DNA of 64,000 nt, from assembly GCA_965248265.1 (NCBI GenBank), contig CBDFJF010000001.1, forward strand, positions 3,104,001 through 3,168,000. The letters run 5' to 3'. Source of the stretch: Candidatus Latescibacterota bacterium. GTDB lineage: Bacteria; Latescibacterota; UBA2968; UBA8231. Position numbers and translations under genes: made by a program. Positions 1-9,706 of this stretch are shown piece after piece; the stretch's first letter is position 1, and each line of letters opens with the position of its first letter. The notes under the pieces are model-generated. The model searched no databases and was not told the origin of the DNA. It was given only the letters and a program-made list of their open reading frames with translations.

Positions 1-1968
1 CATGAATTGCTGGCACTGGAGCTTCTCGCCCTCGCCCTGCTGAAGTTTCCCGACGCCCCGCCCAAGTTTCGCCGCGGCCTGATCGCCACGCTCAAGGACG
101 AGCAGAAACACCTGGGCCTCTATATCGATCGTATGGAGGAGATCGGTGTCGGCTTCGGGGAGATTCCGGTCAGCGATTTCTTTTGGCGCAGCATCAGTGG
201 CATGGAAACACCCCTGGACTTCGTCACCCGTTTGAGTCTGACCCTGGAACAGGCCAATCTCGATTACGCGCCTCATTATCGCGATCTCTACAAAACGCTG
301 GGAGATGAGGCCACTGCGGCCCTGATGGGGCAAGTGTACCGGGACGAGATCCGCCATGTGCGCTACGGGCTCAACTGGTTCGAGACCTGGCGCGATCCGG
401 CACCCTCTCTATGGCAAGCCTACTGCGATTCCCTGAACAAGCCGCTGACGCCGAATCGGGCCAAGGGCATCGGCTTCAACGTGGAAGGCCGCCGCCGGGC
501 CGGGTTGTCGGATGAGTTCATCGCCGAACTCGAGATTTATTCGCGCTCACGCGGCCGCTGTCCCTCTATCTACTGGTTCAATCCCACGTGCGATCAGGAA
601 GCGGGTCTGCGCGCACGATACACGCCGACCAAGGTGATTCGGGAAATGGCGCGGGACCTGGCGAGCTTGCCGATGTACCTGGGCGCGGGGGATGACGCGA
701 TACTGGTCCCGGAGCGTCCAACGGTCGGTTTTTTGCGATCCATCCACGAGGCCGGCTTCGCGATCCCCGAATTCGTCACCTACGGTGACGGCTCGTCTGG
801 CGACGGATCGTCAGTCGACGGCTCGCTGAACGTGTCCACGACGGATCTGGCGGATCGCCGGTTGCAGAGCCTGCGCCCATGGGGATGGAGTCCCGAGGGC
901 ATGCGAGTGCTGGGTCCCCTGTTCGACAATCTACCTCTGGGTCACAGTTCAGCACCCGATGCGGAGGCCATGCGAGGCCTGTACTCAAAAAGCTGGAGTC
1001 TGGAACTCCTCAAAAGCCTGTTGTCTGACATCGATGACAGCCTGGATTGGATATGCGACTCCAGTGTTGTCGGGGAGGGTTGTATCTCGGTGGGGCAAGT
1101 GGAAATCTGCGTCGATCGGCTGCTGGCGTCCGGTCATTCGCAGGTCGTCATCAAGGGACCGTTCGGAGCCGCCGGTCAGGATCAGATTCGTCTGGCAAGT
1201 GGACAGGGGAAAACCTTCGAAGAGAGGATGACGGGTGCCAAGATCGCCTGGCTGCAGCGTCTGCTGCGTGACTTCGGTGAAGTCGTCGTCGAACCCTGGC
1301 TGGCAGGGAGGATCGATCTGTCCGCCCAGTTCCTGACCGAACCCAATCGCACGATTCGCTTCCTGGGTATCACGCGATTCGTGACGGATGTCCGGGGTCA
1401 GTACGCCGGCTCTTTCATCCACCAGAAAGTTGCAGGACTGGATGAAAACGAGCGGCGCTTTTTGTACGGTGGAAGCCCGGGTGGCAAACGTCTGCAGAAC
1501 CTCTTCGAGCGGCTGGGGCCGATCATTCAGCAACAGACTGACGGCATTAGCTATTACGGCCCGATTGGCGTCGACGCACTGGTCTACAAAGAGGGCTTGT
1601 CCGGTCAACTGAAGCTGAAACCCGTGATCGAGGTCAATCCGCGTCATACCATGGGGCACCTGGCGCTCAAACTCGCTCCACGGGTGAATGCCTCGCGGAC
1701 GGCGTTGTGGACGATTCTGCGCGCTCAAGATCTGGTTGAAGCCGGCTTCGATAGCATCGCCGACTTCGCCGTTCACATGGAACGCGAACATCCATGCGAG
1801 ATGACGGATGGCGGTCTGATCTCCAATGGCATCCTGTTCACGACAGACCCCTCCCAAGCGCAGGCCTACACCAGCCTACTCGTCGTCGGTCACTCCTTGG
1901 AGCAATGCGTGGGGTATTTCGAGAGCTTCGGAGGTCGTCTTGGTCGGTGGACGAAACGTTGGGTTTGA
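1..1968 (+). CDS. DUF455/ferritin-like diiron domain fused to an ATP-grasp domain (5'-truncated by window edge)
   Basis: Frame is open from base 1 (HELLALE). Diiron-type motifs HELLALE, DEQKH, EQANLD and DEIRH are followed by ATP-grasp motifs VVIKGPFGAAG, VVVEPW, GPIGVDALV and IEVNPRHTMG. Confidence 0.8.
   Translation, partial: HELLALELLALALLKFPDAPPKFRRGLIATLKDEQKHLGLYIDRMEEIGVGFGEIPVSDFFWRSISGMETPLDFVTRLSLTLEQANLDYAPHYRDLYKTLGDEATAALMGQVYRDEIRHVRYGLNWFETWRDPAPSLWQAYCDSLNKPLTPNRAKGIGFNVEGRRRAGLSDEFIAELEIYSRSRGRCPSIYWFNPTCDQEAGLRARYTPTKVIREMARDLASLPMYLGAGDDAILVPERPTVGFLRSIHEAGFAIPEFVTYGDGSSGDGSSVDGSLNVSTTDLADRRLQSLRPWGWSPEGMRVLGPLFDNLPLGHSSAPDAEAMRGLYSKSWSLELLKSLLSDIDDSLDWICDSSVVGEGCISVGQVEICVDRLLASGHSQVVIKGPFGAAGQDQIRLASGQGKTFEERMTGAKIAWLQRLLRDFGEVVVEPWLAGRIDLSAQFLTEPNRTIRFLGITRFVTDVRGQYAGSFIHQKVAGLDENERRFLYGGSPGGKRLQNLFERLGPIIQQQTDGISYYGPIGVDALVYKEGLSGQLKLKPVIEVNPRHTMGHLALKLAPRVNASRTALWTILRAQDLVEAGFDSIADFAVHMEREHPCEMTDGGLISNGILFTTDPSQAQAYTSLLVVGHSLEQCVGYFESFGGRLGRWTKRWV
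784..828 (+). repeat. In-frame 15-bp degenerate triplication (GDGSS-GDGSS-VDGSL)
   Basis: ggtgacggctcgtct / ggcgacggatcgtca / gtcgacggctcgctg. Confidence 0.7.
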
Positions 1969-2005
1969 GGACACGCGACGGAACCGGTGCACCTTGGGGG
2001 TGCTC

Positions 2006-2416
2006 TCAGGATCGCTCATTCGCATCCAATAACGCATGTACCTCATCCGGCAATCCGGGTTTACCGGCGATGATACCGGTGCCGATGATGCGGGCCTCCA
2101 GTACCAGCTCCTTCCCAGGGAGGCGGTGGACGGCTTGCTCGAACACGAAACGCAAGCGGCTCTCACGTCCAATGTTCAACCGCACGACGAAGCGATCACC
2201 CGATCGCAGTGGTCTCTTATAGTCGATCTCAGCCCGCGTCATCACCAGATCGCAGCCCTGCTCATGCAATTGCGCGAAATCCAGGCCCTGTGTGCGCAGG
2301 TAGCTGTGGCGGGTATGCTCCAAATAGTTGAGGTAGACGGCGTTGTTGACGAAGCCCTCCAGGTCACACTCGTAGTCGCGGACTTCAAATTCAAGCTCAA
2401 ACACATATTCAGCCAC
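2006..2416 (-). CDS. Acyl-CoA thioesterase, hotdog fold (4HBT/YbgC/FadM family)
   Basis: VRDYECDLEGFVNNAVYLNYLEHTR signature and IDYKRPL. GTG start at 2416 chosen on family length. Confidence 0.88.
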   Translation of the reverse strand: MAEYVFELEFEVRDYECDLEGFVNNAVYLNYLEHTRHSYLRTQGLDFAQLHEQGCDLVMTRAEIDYKRPLRSGDRFVVRLNIGRESRLRFVFEQAVHRLPGKELVLEARIIGTGIIAGKPGLPDEVHALLDANERS

Positions 2417-2559
2417 GGTGATTCCGATCGATCTGCCGGATTCTTGTCGCTCGTCCCCGGCGGTTGTATTTTGCACCTCTACGGCCACCGGAATCTGACT
2501 TCTGCCCCCGGTCCGTGCACAGGTAACTCGATCGAGAATGTAAGAAAGGGAGGAATCCG

Positions 2560-3618
2560 ATGAGATCTGGATGGAGAATCGCGGTTATTTCACTGGCTGC
2601 CACGGCGCTGACCTTCTCGCGTGCGGCAGCTGAAGAAGAGATGGAGTTGGCAGGCCCCAGTGGCGATCCGAGCATTGTTTCGCCGGATGCGAAGATCGAG
2701 ATGCTTTTCGATGGCGCCATTTTCACGGAAGGCCCGGCAGTGGCTCCAGACGGGTCCGTCTACTTCAGCGATATCACCTTCACGGCTTTGTCCGGCATGC
2801 AGGCAGGCCACATCTGGCGCTATGATCCGAAAACGGGCAAGACGGCTGTGTACCGCTCTCCGAGTGGCATGTCGAACGGTCTCAAGTTCGATGCCTACGG
2901 ACGATTGATCGCTTGCGAGGGAGCCGATTTTGGCGGCCGTCGCGTCACTCGAACGGATATAGCTACCGGAAAAGCCGAAATCGTCGCCGGCCTGTACATG
3001 GGGCGACCGCTGAATGCACCGAATGACGTCAGCCTCGACGAAATGGGAAGGATCTATTTCAGTGATCCGCGTTACCTCGGTCATGAGCCTGTCGATCAGG
3101 AGATCCCGTCCGTCTACCGGGTCGACCCCAATGGATCGATCGAGCGCATCATCACCGATGCGGGCAAACCCAATGGTGTGGCCGTGTCTCCCGACCAGAA
3201 GAGTCTATACGTGGTCAGCAACGACAACGGTTCGATGGGTCTGTTCCGCTACCCAGAAGAGCCGCCCGTGCACAAGGGACGCATGGCCCTTTCTGCCTAT
3301 GACCTGCACGAAGACGGCACCGCAACCTATCGAGAGGAGCTGGTCAACTACGCGCCGGAGGATGGTCCCGATGGGTTGGTGTGTGATGTGGACGGTAACC
3401 TGTGGGTCGCGCTCAGAGATCTTACACGCTTCGGTATCGCAGTCTATTCACCAACCGGTGAGGAGTTGGCCTTCATTCCCACGCCCCACGTACCGACCAA
3501 CGTAGCTTTCGGCCGTGGCAAAGAGGCCAAGACTCTGTACATGACGTACAGCGGTGAAAAGGGCATACTCGGGAAGATTCAAGTAAACAAGAAGGGCTAT
3601 CACCTGCCGAACAAGTAG
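2560..3618 (+). CDS. Exported SMP-30/gluconolactonase/LRE family beta-propeller
   Basis: Signal peptide; FTEGPA, SNGL, LNAPND, KPNGVAVSPD, GPDGL and PTNVAFG motifs; strong GGAGG RBS. Confidence 0.9.
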   Translation: MRSGWRIAVISLAATALTFSRAAAEEEMELAGPSGDPSIVSPDAKIEMLFDGAIFTEGPAVAPDGSVYFSDITFTALSGMQAGHIWRYDPKTGKTAVYRSPSGMSNGLKFDAYGRLIACEGADFGGRRVTRTDIATGKAEIVAGLYMGRPLNAPNDVSLDEMGRIYFSDPRYLGHEPVDQEIPSVYRVDPNGSIERIITDAGKPNGVAVSPDQKSLYVVSNDNGSMGLFRYPEEPPVHKGRMALSAYDLHEDGTATYREELVNYAPEDGPDGLVCDVDGNLWVALRDLTRFGIAVYSPTGEELAFIPTPHVPTNVAFGRGKEAKTLYMTYSGEKGILGKIQVNKKGYHLPNK

Positions 3619-3716
3619 AGCAGCTCGGTCACCGACGAGGTGAGGCTTTGGGGGGCAGCCGAGTCGAGTCATCGGCGACTCGGTCAACGCGCCATCAGTT
3701 TGAAAGAGAGTGGCTC

Positions 3717-4235
3717 ATGTTAAGCGACAGGATGCAGGAAACACTGAACAGACAGATCAACCGGGAATTTTTCTCGGCCTACAGCTACCTGGCGCTGACG
3801 GCCTACTTCGAGGATATCAACCTGAAGGGGTTCGCCCACTGGATGAGGACGCAGTACGAGGAAGAGCTCGTCCATGCCAACAAGGCATTCGACTTTGTCA
3901 TCAACCGGGATGGTCGCGTGACCCTGGCGGCATTGGAAGCACCCAAAGTGAGCTGGGGATCACCGGTGGAGGCCTTCGTCTTTGCCCTCGAGACGGAGCA
4001 GGCGAACAGCAAGCAGATCTATGAAGTGGTCGAAACCGCCATGGGGGAACACGACCATGCCACCCACACCTTCATGCAGTGGTTCGTGAACGAGCAGATT
4101 GAGGAAGAGGCGCTCGTCAACGACATGCTACAGAGGCTGCGACTCGTCGGTGACAACAACACCGGACTGTTCCTCATCGATCACGAACTCGGGCTGCGCA
4201 AGCCTCAAGAAGCTGAAGCCGATGGAGGGGGCTAA
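3717..4235 (+). CDS. ftnA: Non-heme bacterial ferritin
   Basis: LNRQINREFFSAYSY, GFAHWMRTQYEEELVHA and FMQWFVNEQIEEE ferroxidase motifs. Confidence 0.92.
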   Translation: MLSDRMQETLNRQINREFFSAYSYLALTAYFEDINLKGFAHWMRTQYEEELVHANKAFDFVINRDGRVTLAALEAPKVSWGSPVEAFVFALETEQANSKQIYEVVETAMGEHDHATHTFMQWFVNEQIEEEALVNDMLQRLRLVGDNNTGLFLIDHELGLRKPQEAEADGGG

Positions 4236-4236
4236 G

Positions 4237-4923
4237 TTACCGTAGGACGGGCGCTTTCTCGACCACCAAGCGAACGACGGCTCCCGGTCCCCGGTGCATG
4301 CCCTCGTCCAGTTCGACAACCGTGTCCTCGTAGTGCCTGATGCGGAAGCCTGAGAAGGCCAGCAACAGTTCGTTCGGTTTAGCCAGGTAAGCCGGATTCT
4401 TCGGACCGAAGCGCCCGGTGGCCGGCTGGTCAACGGTGAAGTTCTGGAGGATGAAGAAACCACCCGGCTTCAAGGCGGCGAGGATCTTCGGAAACAGGTC
4501 GGGCTGGTGATAGTAGAAGTCGGTTATCAGGTCGTACCCTTCGACACCCAGATCGAAGGTGGTGAGGTCGGCGGTGACGGTTTCGACCTCCACTCCACGG
4601 AGCTGTGCCAACGCACGGCATTTCTCCAGGCCCACAGCTGAAATATCCACCGCGACGACTTCGAAGCCCTGTTGTGCCAGATAGACGGCGTTTCGTCCCT
4701 CTCCCGCGGCAAGGCACAGGGCCCGGCCCTTGCGGCGCGTCAACTTCGGCATCTGCTCCTTGAGAAAACGCACCGGCTCTGAACCGTACACGAACGATTC
4801 CGCCTTGCCGTAACGGGCGTCCCAGCGCTCAGCGGTCGAATTATCGTCAACAGCGAAGGTGCGACTCGCGAGGGATGCTGCTAGCAGGATCGCTGCGAGC
4901 GGGACAGGTATCAAGGCATGCAT
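4237..4923 (-). CDS. Class I SAM-dependent methyltransferase (TehB-like) with apparent signal peptide
   Basis: WDARY..YGSEP, ALCLAAGEGRNAVYLA, VVAVDIS and LKPGG motifs. Start at the ATG of MHALIPVPLAAILLAAS is inferred. Confidence 0.82.
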   Translation of the reverse strand: MHALIPVPLAAILLAASLASRTFAVDDNSTAERWDARYGKAESFVYGSEPVRFLKEQMPKLTRRKGRALCLAAGEGRNAVYLAQQGFEVVAVDISAVGLEKCRALAQLRGVEVETVTADLTTFDLGVEGYDLITDFYYHQPDLFPKILAALKPGGFFILQNFTVDQPATGRFGPKNPAYLAKPNELLLAFSGFRIRHYEDTVVELDEGMHRGPGAVVRLVVEKAPVLR

Positions 4924-5019
4924 TGGGATGACTCCTTCGAGCTGTGTTTCAAGCAATGCCATGTGTCGTCGGCGCGTGAAAGACAATCCCCGATCTCTTT
5001 GCCTACATTTGCCGGCAGG

Positions 5020-6597
5020 ATGGATACCTACCTGCAACGGTTTGCCGATCAACTCGAGTCGCGTCGTGGGCGCTGGATGGCGCCGCTCATGGTGGCGCTG
5101 CTGGCATTCAGCCTGAGTGCCTGGACGTTCGACATAAAGCTTTCACTTACCGGAGACAATACCGAGTTCATAACCCTGGCTCGCAGTCTGACCCAGGGAG
5201 ATGGGCTCAGCTATATCAACCAACCCGATCCCAGGCCGGCCACGAAGTACCCCTTCGGCTTCCCCCTGATGCTGGCGCCTCTGGCGGCGGTGGAAACCGG
5301 GGGCGGTCAACCGGTCTCCGACTGGGTTGCCATGAAGTGGCTGATCGTGTGCCTGTTTGCCGCAGGCATGGCACTCGTCTACCTGTGGCTGCGTGAACTA
5401 TTAGGGGTGCTGGCCGCCAGTATCGGAGCCCTGCTATGTCTGACGAATCCACTGCTCCTCGCCTACAGCCACCAGGTGATGTCGGAGATCCCGTACCTCC
5501 TGTTCGCCATGTTCGGACTCCTCGCCCTCGCCCGGGCCTGGCCGGAATCCGGGAGTCTCAGCATCAACGCGTGGTCGGTACTGGGATTCATCAGTATGAT
5601 GTGGGCGTACCATGTGCGCAGCTTCGGTGTGGTCCTGATCGCAGCGCTGGTACTGTTGCTGGTGGTGCGCAGGAACTGGCGCCAGGTGGCGATCGTTGTC
5701 ATGGCGTCAGTGGCAATGACGCTGCCCTGGATGCTGCGCAATCGTTCGGTGAGTGGCGGCGGCTTCTACGTCAAACAGCTATTCCAGGTGAATCCCTATC
5801 AACCGGAGTTGGGCTACTTGGATGTTTCGGGATTCCTCACCCGCCTCAGTTATCATGTGGTGTGGAATCTGTTCGAGCGTTTGCCGGCGGCCTTCGTCCG
5901 CAACCTGGAGGCCGATCACCCGCTGTCCAGACTCGTCGCGGTTGCCCTGGTGACGGCGGGGATCTACGCCATCGTTCAGTGTGTGAGGCACCGACAGTTT
6001 CTGCTGCCTCTCGTCTACACGGTGTTGTCGATGGGATTGATCTTTTCTTGGCCCTGGGTCGACGAACGATTCCTACTGCCGTTGATACCCCTGTTCATCT
6101 TCTTTGTCCTGTATACGACTCGGATGATATTGCGACGAGCTGCGGGCACGACGACGACGGTGATAGCGGCCGTCCTCCTGGTTTTAGTGTTGGGATCGAA
6201 CGCCGCGGCGCTGGTAGATCTTCGGGTCAAGGGCCAGGCCGAGTACGAGCCGCGGTGGAATAACTATTTCAAGGCAGGGCTGTGGTTGCGCAGCAATGGC
6301 GAAGGGGGACAGATCGTGGCTTGCCGAAAGCCGTTCTGGATGTACGTCGTCTCGGGACTCCCGACGATTGTCTATCCCTTCAAACCCCCGAGCGAAGTCG
6401 TCGACACCATGCAGCGACGAAAAGTGACGTACGTCGTTGTCGAGCAGCTTGGATTCCCGCAGACTCCACGGTTTCTGGTGCCGGCAATCCGGCAAAACAG
6501 CGAGCGTTTCAAGGCGCTGTGGCACGCTCCCGCGCCGGATACCTACGTGCTGGCTTTCGGCTCCGTCACTCAGGAACCGGAGCGTCAGCCCGAATAA
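5020..6597 (+). CDS. GT-C fold membrane glycosyltransferase (ArnT/PMT, GT39/83-like)
   Basis: GDNTEFITLARSL, YPFGFPLMLA, VMSEIPYLLF, PWMLRN and ERFLLPLIP motifs; many TM segments. Confidence 0.8.
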   Translation: MDTYLQRFADQLESRRGRWMAPLMVALLAFSLSAWTFDIKLSLTGDNTEFITLARSLTQGDGLSYINQPDPRPATKYPFGFPLMLAPLAAVETGGGQPVSDWVAMKWLIVCLFAAGMALVYLWLRELLGVLAASIGALLCLTNPLLLAYSHQVMSEIPYLLFAMFGLLALARAWPESGSLSINAWSVLGFISMMWAYHVRSFGVVLIAALVLLLVVRRNWRQVAIVVMASVAMTLPWMLRNRSVSGGGFYVKQLFQVNPYQPELGYLDVSGFLTRLSYHVVWNLFERLPAAFVRNLEADHPLSRLVAVALVTAGIYAIVQCVRHRQFLLPLVYTVLSMGLIFSWPWVDERFLLPLIPLFIFFVLYTTRMILRRAAGTTTTVIAAVLLVLVLGSNAAALVDLRVKGQAEYEPRWNNYFKAGLWLRSNGEGGQIVACRKPFWMYVVSGLPTIVYPFKPPSEVVDTMQRRKVTYVVVEQLGFPQTPRFLVPAIRQNSERFKALWHAPAPDTYVLAFGSVTQEPERQPE

Positions 6598-7555
6598 GTT
6601 CCTCGTCCCGCAGTTCTGCCCAAAACTGGGCCGGGATTTCCACCTTCAGCAGATCATAGTTCTCCTGCACGCGCTCTGGTCTGCGCGTGCCGGGAATGAT
6701 GCAGGTCACGGCCGGATGCGCCAGCGCGAACTGGGAAGCGGCCGCTTTGATGTCGACATCGTGGCGTTCGGCGACGGCTTCCAGCCGACGCGCCTTGTCG
6801 ACGATCTCGGCTGGCGGATCCCCGTAGTTGTACCTGGCACCTTCGCCGGACCCCTTGGCCAGTATGCCGCTGTTGTAGGTTCCACCCGCCATGATACCGA
6901 TATCCTTCTCCAGGCACAGGGGCAAGAGCTCGTCGAGAGATTCCTGTTCGAGCAGACTGTAGCGACCGGCGAGGAGGAAGCAATCGAAGTCGCCTTCGCG
7001 CGCGAAGCGCGCCAGCATCTCCCACTGGTTCATGCCGGCGCTAACGGCCTTGATGGTACCCTCGGACCGCAGCTTATCAAGGGCTGGGTAGGCGAAACGG
7101 ATTGCCTCATCGTAGTGGTTGTCCGGATCGTGGATGTGCAGGATGTCGATGCGGTCCAGTTTCAACCGCTCCAGACTCTCTTCCACCGAACGCATGATGC
7201 CATCATGGCTGTAGTCGAACACCGGTTTGAGCGGGGGCAGATTGTCGAAGATGCCCTCGCCGCTGTCTTCCTCATCCGTGGGTACCAGCAACCGCCCGAC
7301 TTTGGAGGCCAGCATATAGCTGTCGCGAGGCGCGTCCTGAAGTCCACGGCCTACGCGGGTCTCACTCTTGCCGGAGCCGTAGAGCGGGGCGGTGTCGAAC
7401 AGATTCAATCCCAGATCGAGGGCCGCGTGCACGACGGCATCTGACTGTTCCTCTGGAATGTCTCCGTACAGCCCTCCCAGAGCAGCGCATCCCAGTCCCA
7501 GACGGGTGACTTCAAGGTCGCTGCTACCCAGTGTCCTGCGTTCGAGCGGATCCAT
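6566..7555 (-). CDS. Aldo/keto reductase (D-threo-aldose 1-dehydrogenase-like)
   Basis: LGLGCAALG, FDTAPLYGSGKSE, SKVGR, SLERLKLDRIDILHIHDPD and NSGILA motifs. Confidence 0.9.
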   Translation of the reverse strand: MDPLERRTLGSSDLEVTRLGLGCAALGGLYGDIPEEQSDAVVHAALDLGLNLFDTAPLYGSGKSETRVGRGLQDAPRDSYMLASKVGRLLVPTDEEDSGEGIFDNLPPLKPVFDYSHDGIMRSVEESLERLKLDRIDILHIHDPDNHYDEAIRFAYPALDKLRSEGTIKAVSAGMNQWEMLARFAREGDFDCFLLAGRYSLLEQESLDELLPLCLEKDIGIMAGGTYNSGILAKGSGEGARYNYGDPPAEIVDKARRLEAVAERHDVDIKAAASQFALAHPAVTCIIPGTRRPERVQENYDLLKVEIPAQFWAELRDEELIRADAPVPE

Positions 7556-7570
7556 CGGTGATCTCCTCAG

Positions 7571-8353
7571 CTATTGCCGTGTCCTCAGTTTGTTCTCCAC
7601 GATCTGTTTCAAGCGGGGGTGCATGGTGAAATACTGCTTGCCGTCGTTTTCGTGCTGCTCAGATCTTGGCAGCTGAGAGCTGGCAAATCCCTCGACGGCC
7701 CGCACCACCAGCTCAACGCTCGTCACCAACGCCTTGGCACGCAAGGTGGCGATGGTATCTCCAGCTTCGACGGCGATCTCCTCAAACAGCAGGGTGTCAC
7801 CGGTGTCTATGCCGCGATCGATCAAGTGCACGGTGACCCCGGCCGGCCGATCGTGCAAGAGACTCCATTCCAGCACGTTCATGCCGCGAAATGCCGGTAG
7901 CCATCCCATGTGGGCGTTCAAAATACCGATGCGAGGGGTCTGGATGATGCCCGGCCTGAATATTCCGCCACCGGCATTGATCAACAGATCGGTTTCACGC
8001 TGCCTGACGTAGTCGACGGCCTCCGGGCCGTTCATACTATCAACGCGCCGGAACTCCATGCGGTTGGCTTGACACACGCGTGTCAGCGGCCAGTCCCAGC
8101 CGGTCAGCTGGTTCGCCTCAGCGTGAGCCCGCAAGCTCTCGGTTGCCTCCGACGTGTGCGCGCGCAACCGTCCCAACCAGGCGCCGGCGCTCGAACCCGC
8201 GACAGCCCTCCTGAAACGGGGCTTCCACCCGGGTCGCGTCTGCCGGCGCGAGCACAAAACGTACGCTGGGGCATGGCCGCCGCTGGCAAGTTGCTCAACC
8301 AGGGTGGCGGCGTAGTCGTTGACACGTGAATCCGAAGTGACACCGACGATCAT
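7571..8353 (-). CDS. Formyltransferase (Formyl_trans_N domain)
   Basis: ILNAHMGWLPAFRG and GVTVHLIDRGIDTGD motifs. ATG overlaps the upstream TGA (ATGA coupling). Confidence 0.85.
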   Translation of the reverse strand: MIVGVTSDSRVNDYAATLVEQLASGGHAPAYVLCSRRQTRPGWKPRFRRAVAGSSAGAWLGRLRAHTSEATESLRAHAEANQLTGWDWPLTRVCQANRMEFRRVDSMNGPEAVDYVRQRETDLLINAGGGIFRPGIIQTPRIGILNAHMGWLPAFRGMNVLEWSLLHDRPAGVTVHLIDRGIDTGDTLLFEEIAVEAGDTIATLRAKALVTSVELVVRAVEGFASSQLPRSEQHENDGKQYFTMHPRLKQIVENKLRTRQ

Positions 8354-9588
8354 GTCCCAACTCCCGGTGGGCAACCGCTCTCCAACGGTTCCATGAGCGT
8401 TTCTTGCAGCATCAAAGCGTCGGCGAAAAACTTTGCCGCCCAGTTTGGGTAGGCGAGAGGCAAATAGGGTCCCCAAACCGGATAGGAGCCGGCGACACCA
8501 CCGCGGATCCCGGCGTTTCCACTGCTCAGATCCTGGGTCTGTTTGACCTGATCCAACATCTTCAACGCCGCATTCAGGAATCGTGCGTCTTGTGTCAGCT
8601 GATAGACCTTGAGCCAGACGATGGCCATCTGTGCGTTGCCCACCAGGCAGGAGGAGGGGGAGCGGGCTGGACGCCAGTTCTCGGCGAAGGCCGCGGAAAA
8701 AAAAGCCGGCATGTCTTCGGGAGCCAGTTTGCGCAGTTCGTACAGACGCAAGGTTTTGTGGGCGGCCGCCAGGACCAGGTCCCTCGCTTTGTCGGCAGTG
8801 GCTTCCGTCAAAAACGGTGCCGATTCCAGCAAGCCTCTCAGGGTATAGGCGATGGTGTGGCTGAAAGGAGGCTCATCCGGAGTGAACCCCATGTGCTCGA
8901 GCCAACCGTGTCTGCCCGAGAGGGACAACGCCCAATTAATGTTGTTCTCGGCAGCGTGCCGGTGGCGATCCTCGCCGGCCAATTGATAGGTCTCCAGAAG
9001 GGCCCACGCCACGCGGGTGTGGTAGGCATGCGGGGTGTCCATGAACGAGTGCCGGCGCCACTTGCCATCGGCGTCCTGAACCGTGAGCAGCCAGTTGGCG
9101 GCATCGACGGCCGCCGTCAAGAAACGGTCCTCGTGGGTGACACGGTACAGGGCGCACCAACCCAGCATCACCTGACCGGTGTTGAAGACGATCGGATAGT
9201 CGTTGATGCCGCGGCCACCCCGTACGGCCCCCGAAGCGAGCTGGATGTCGATCTCCCAATCCCCCATGGCTAGGGCACGATCGACGTAGCTACTGTCCCC
9301 ACATCGGTCAGCGTAACGCAACAATGTCGGAATTACGTACCCGGTGGTTTCGGGATAGGGCGGTCCCCACCCGGTTTCGAAAAAATACCCCGACGACGAT
9401 CCACTACCGTCCACGACATCTTGAGAGCGGCACAGCCACGCGATCGTTGCCTCGAGGTGATCGCTGTCAGCATGGACTGGGCCATGCCGCCGGCACACCT
9501 GGCGGGCGATCACGGCCAGGTGAGAGGGGCGCGAGTAGGATCTCAGGACCCGGTAGCCCTTGGAGCCAAGCTTTCTGAGAGCTGTCAT
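8350..9588 (-). CDS. (alpha/alpha)6-barrel protein (six-hairpin glycosidase/prenyltransferase-like), function unknown
   Basis: YPETTGYVIPTL, VFNTGQVMLG, HTIAYTLRGL, GNAQMA and YPNWAAKFFADAL motifs; repeated WLxxxQxxDG turns. Confidence 0.65.
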   Translation of the reverse strand: MTALRKLGSKGYRVLRSYSRPSHLAVIARQVCRRHGPVHADSDHLEATIAWLCRSQDVVDGSGSSSGYFFETGWGPPYPETTGYVIPTLLRYADRCGDSSYVDRALAMGDWEIDIQLASGAVRGGRGINDYPIVFNTGQVMLGWCALYRVTHEDRFLTAAVDAANWLLTVQDADGKWRRHSFMDTPHAYHTRVAWALLETYQLAGEDRHRHAAENNINWALSLSGRHGWLEHMGFTPDEPPFSHTIAYTLRGLLESAPFLTEATADKARDLVLAAAHKTLRLYELRKLAPEDMPAFFSAAFAENWRPARSPSSCLVGNAQMAIVWLKVYQLTQDARFLNAALKMLDQVKQTQDLSSGNAGIRGGVAGSYPVWGPYLPLAYPNWAAKFFADALMLQETLMEPLESGCPPGVGT

Positions 9589-9706
9589 GAATGAGGCGCT
9601 GGCTTCAAAGACTTATCTTTGTCCGGGCGATGAAGTGGGGTATAGAAAAGAAGATAATCGCGCGGTCGATCGTAGGGTCAAGGTCCCGGTTGAGAGGAAG
9701 GATCAA

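Noticed and set aside
3659-3683. Hairpin upstream of ferritin as an iron-responsive element
   Set aside because: The 8-bp stem (ccgagtcg/cgactcgg) lacks the CAGUGN loop. It is more simply a terminator or stabiliser of the upstream gene.
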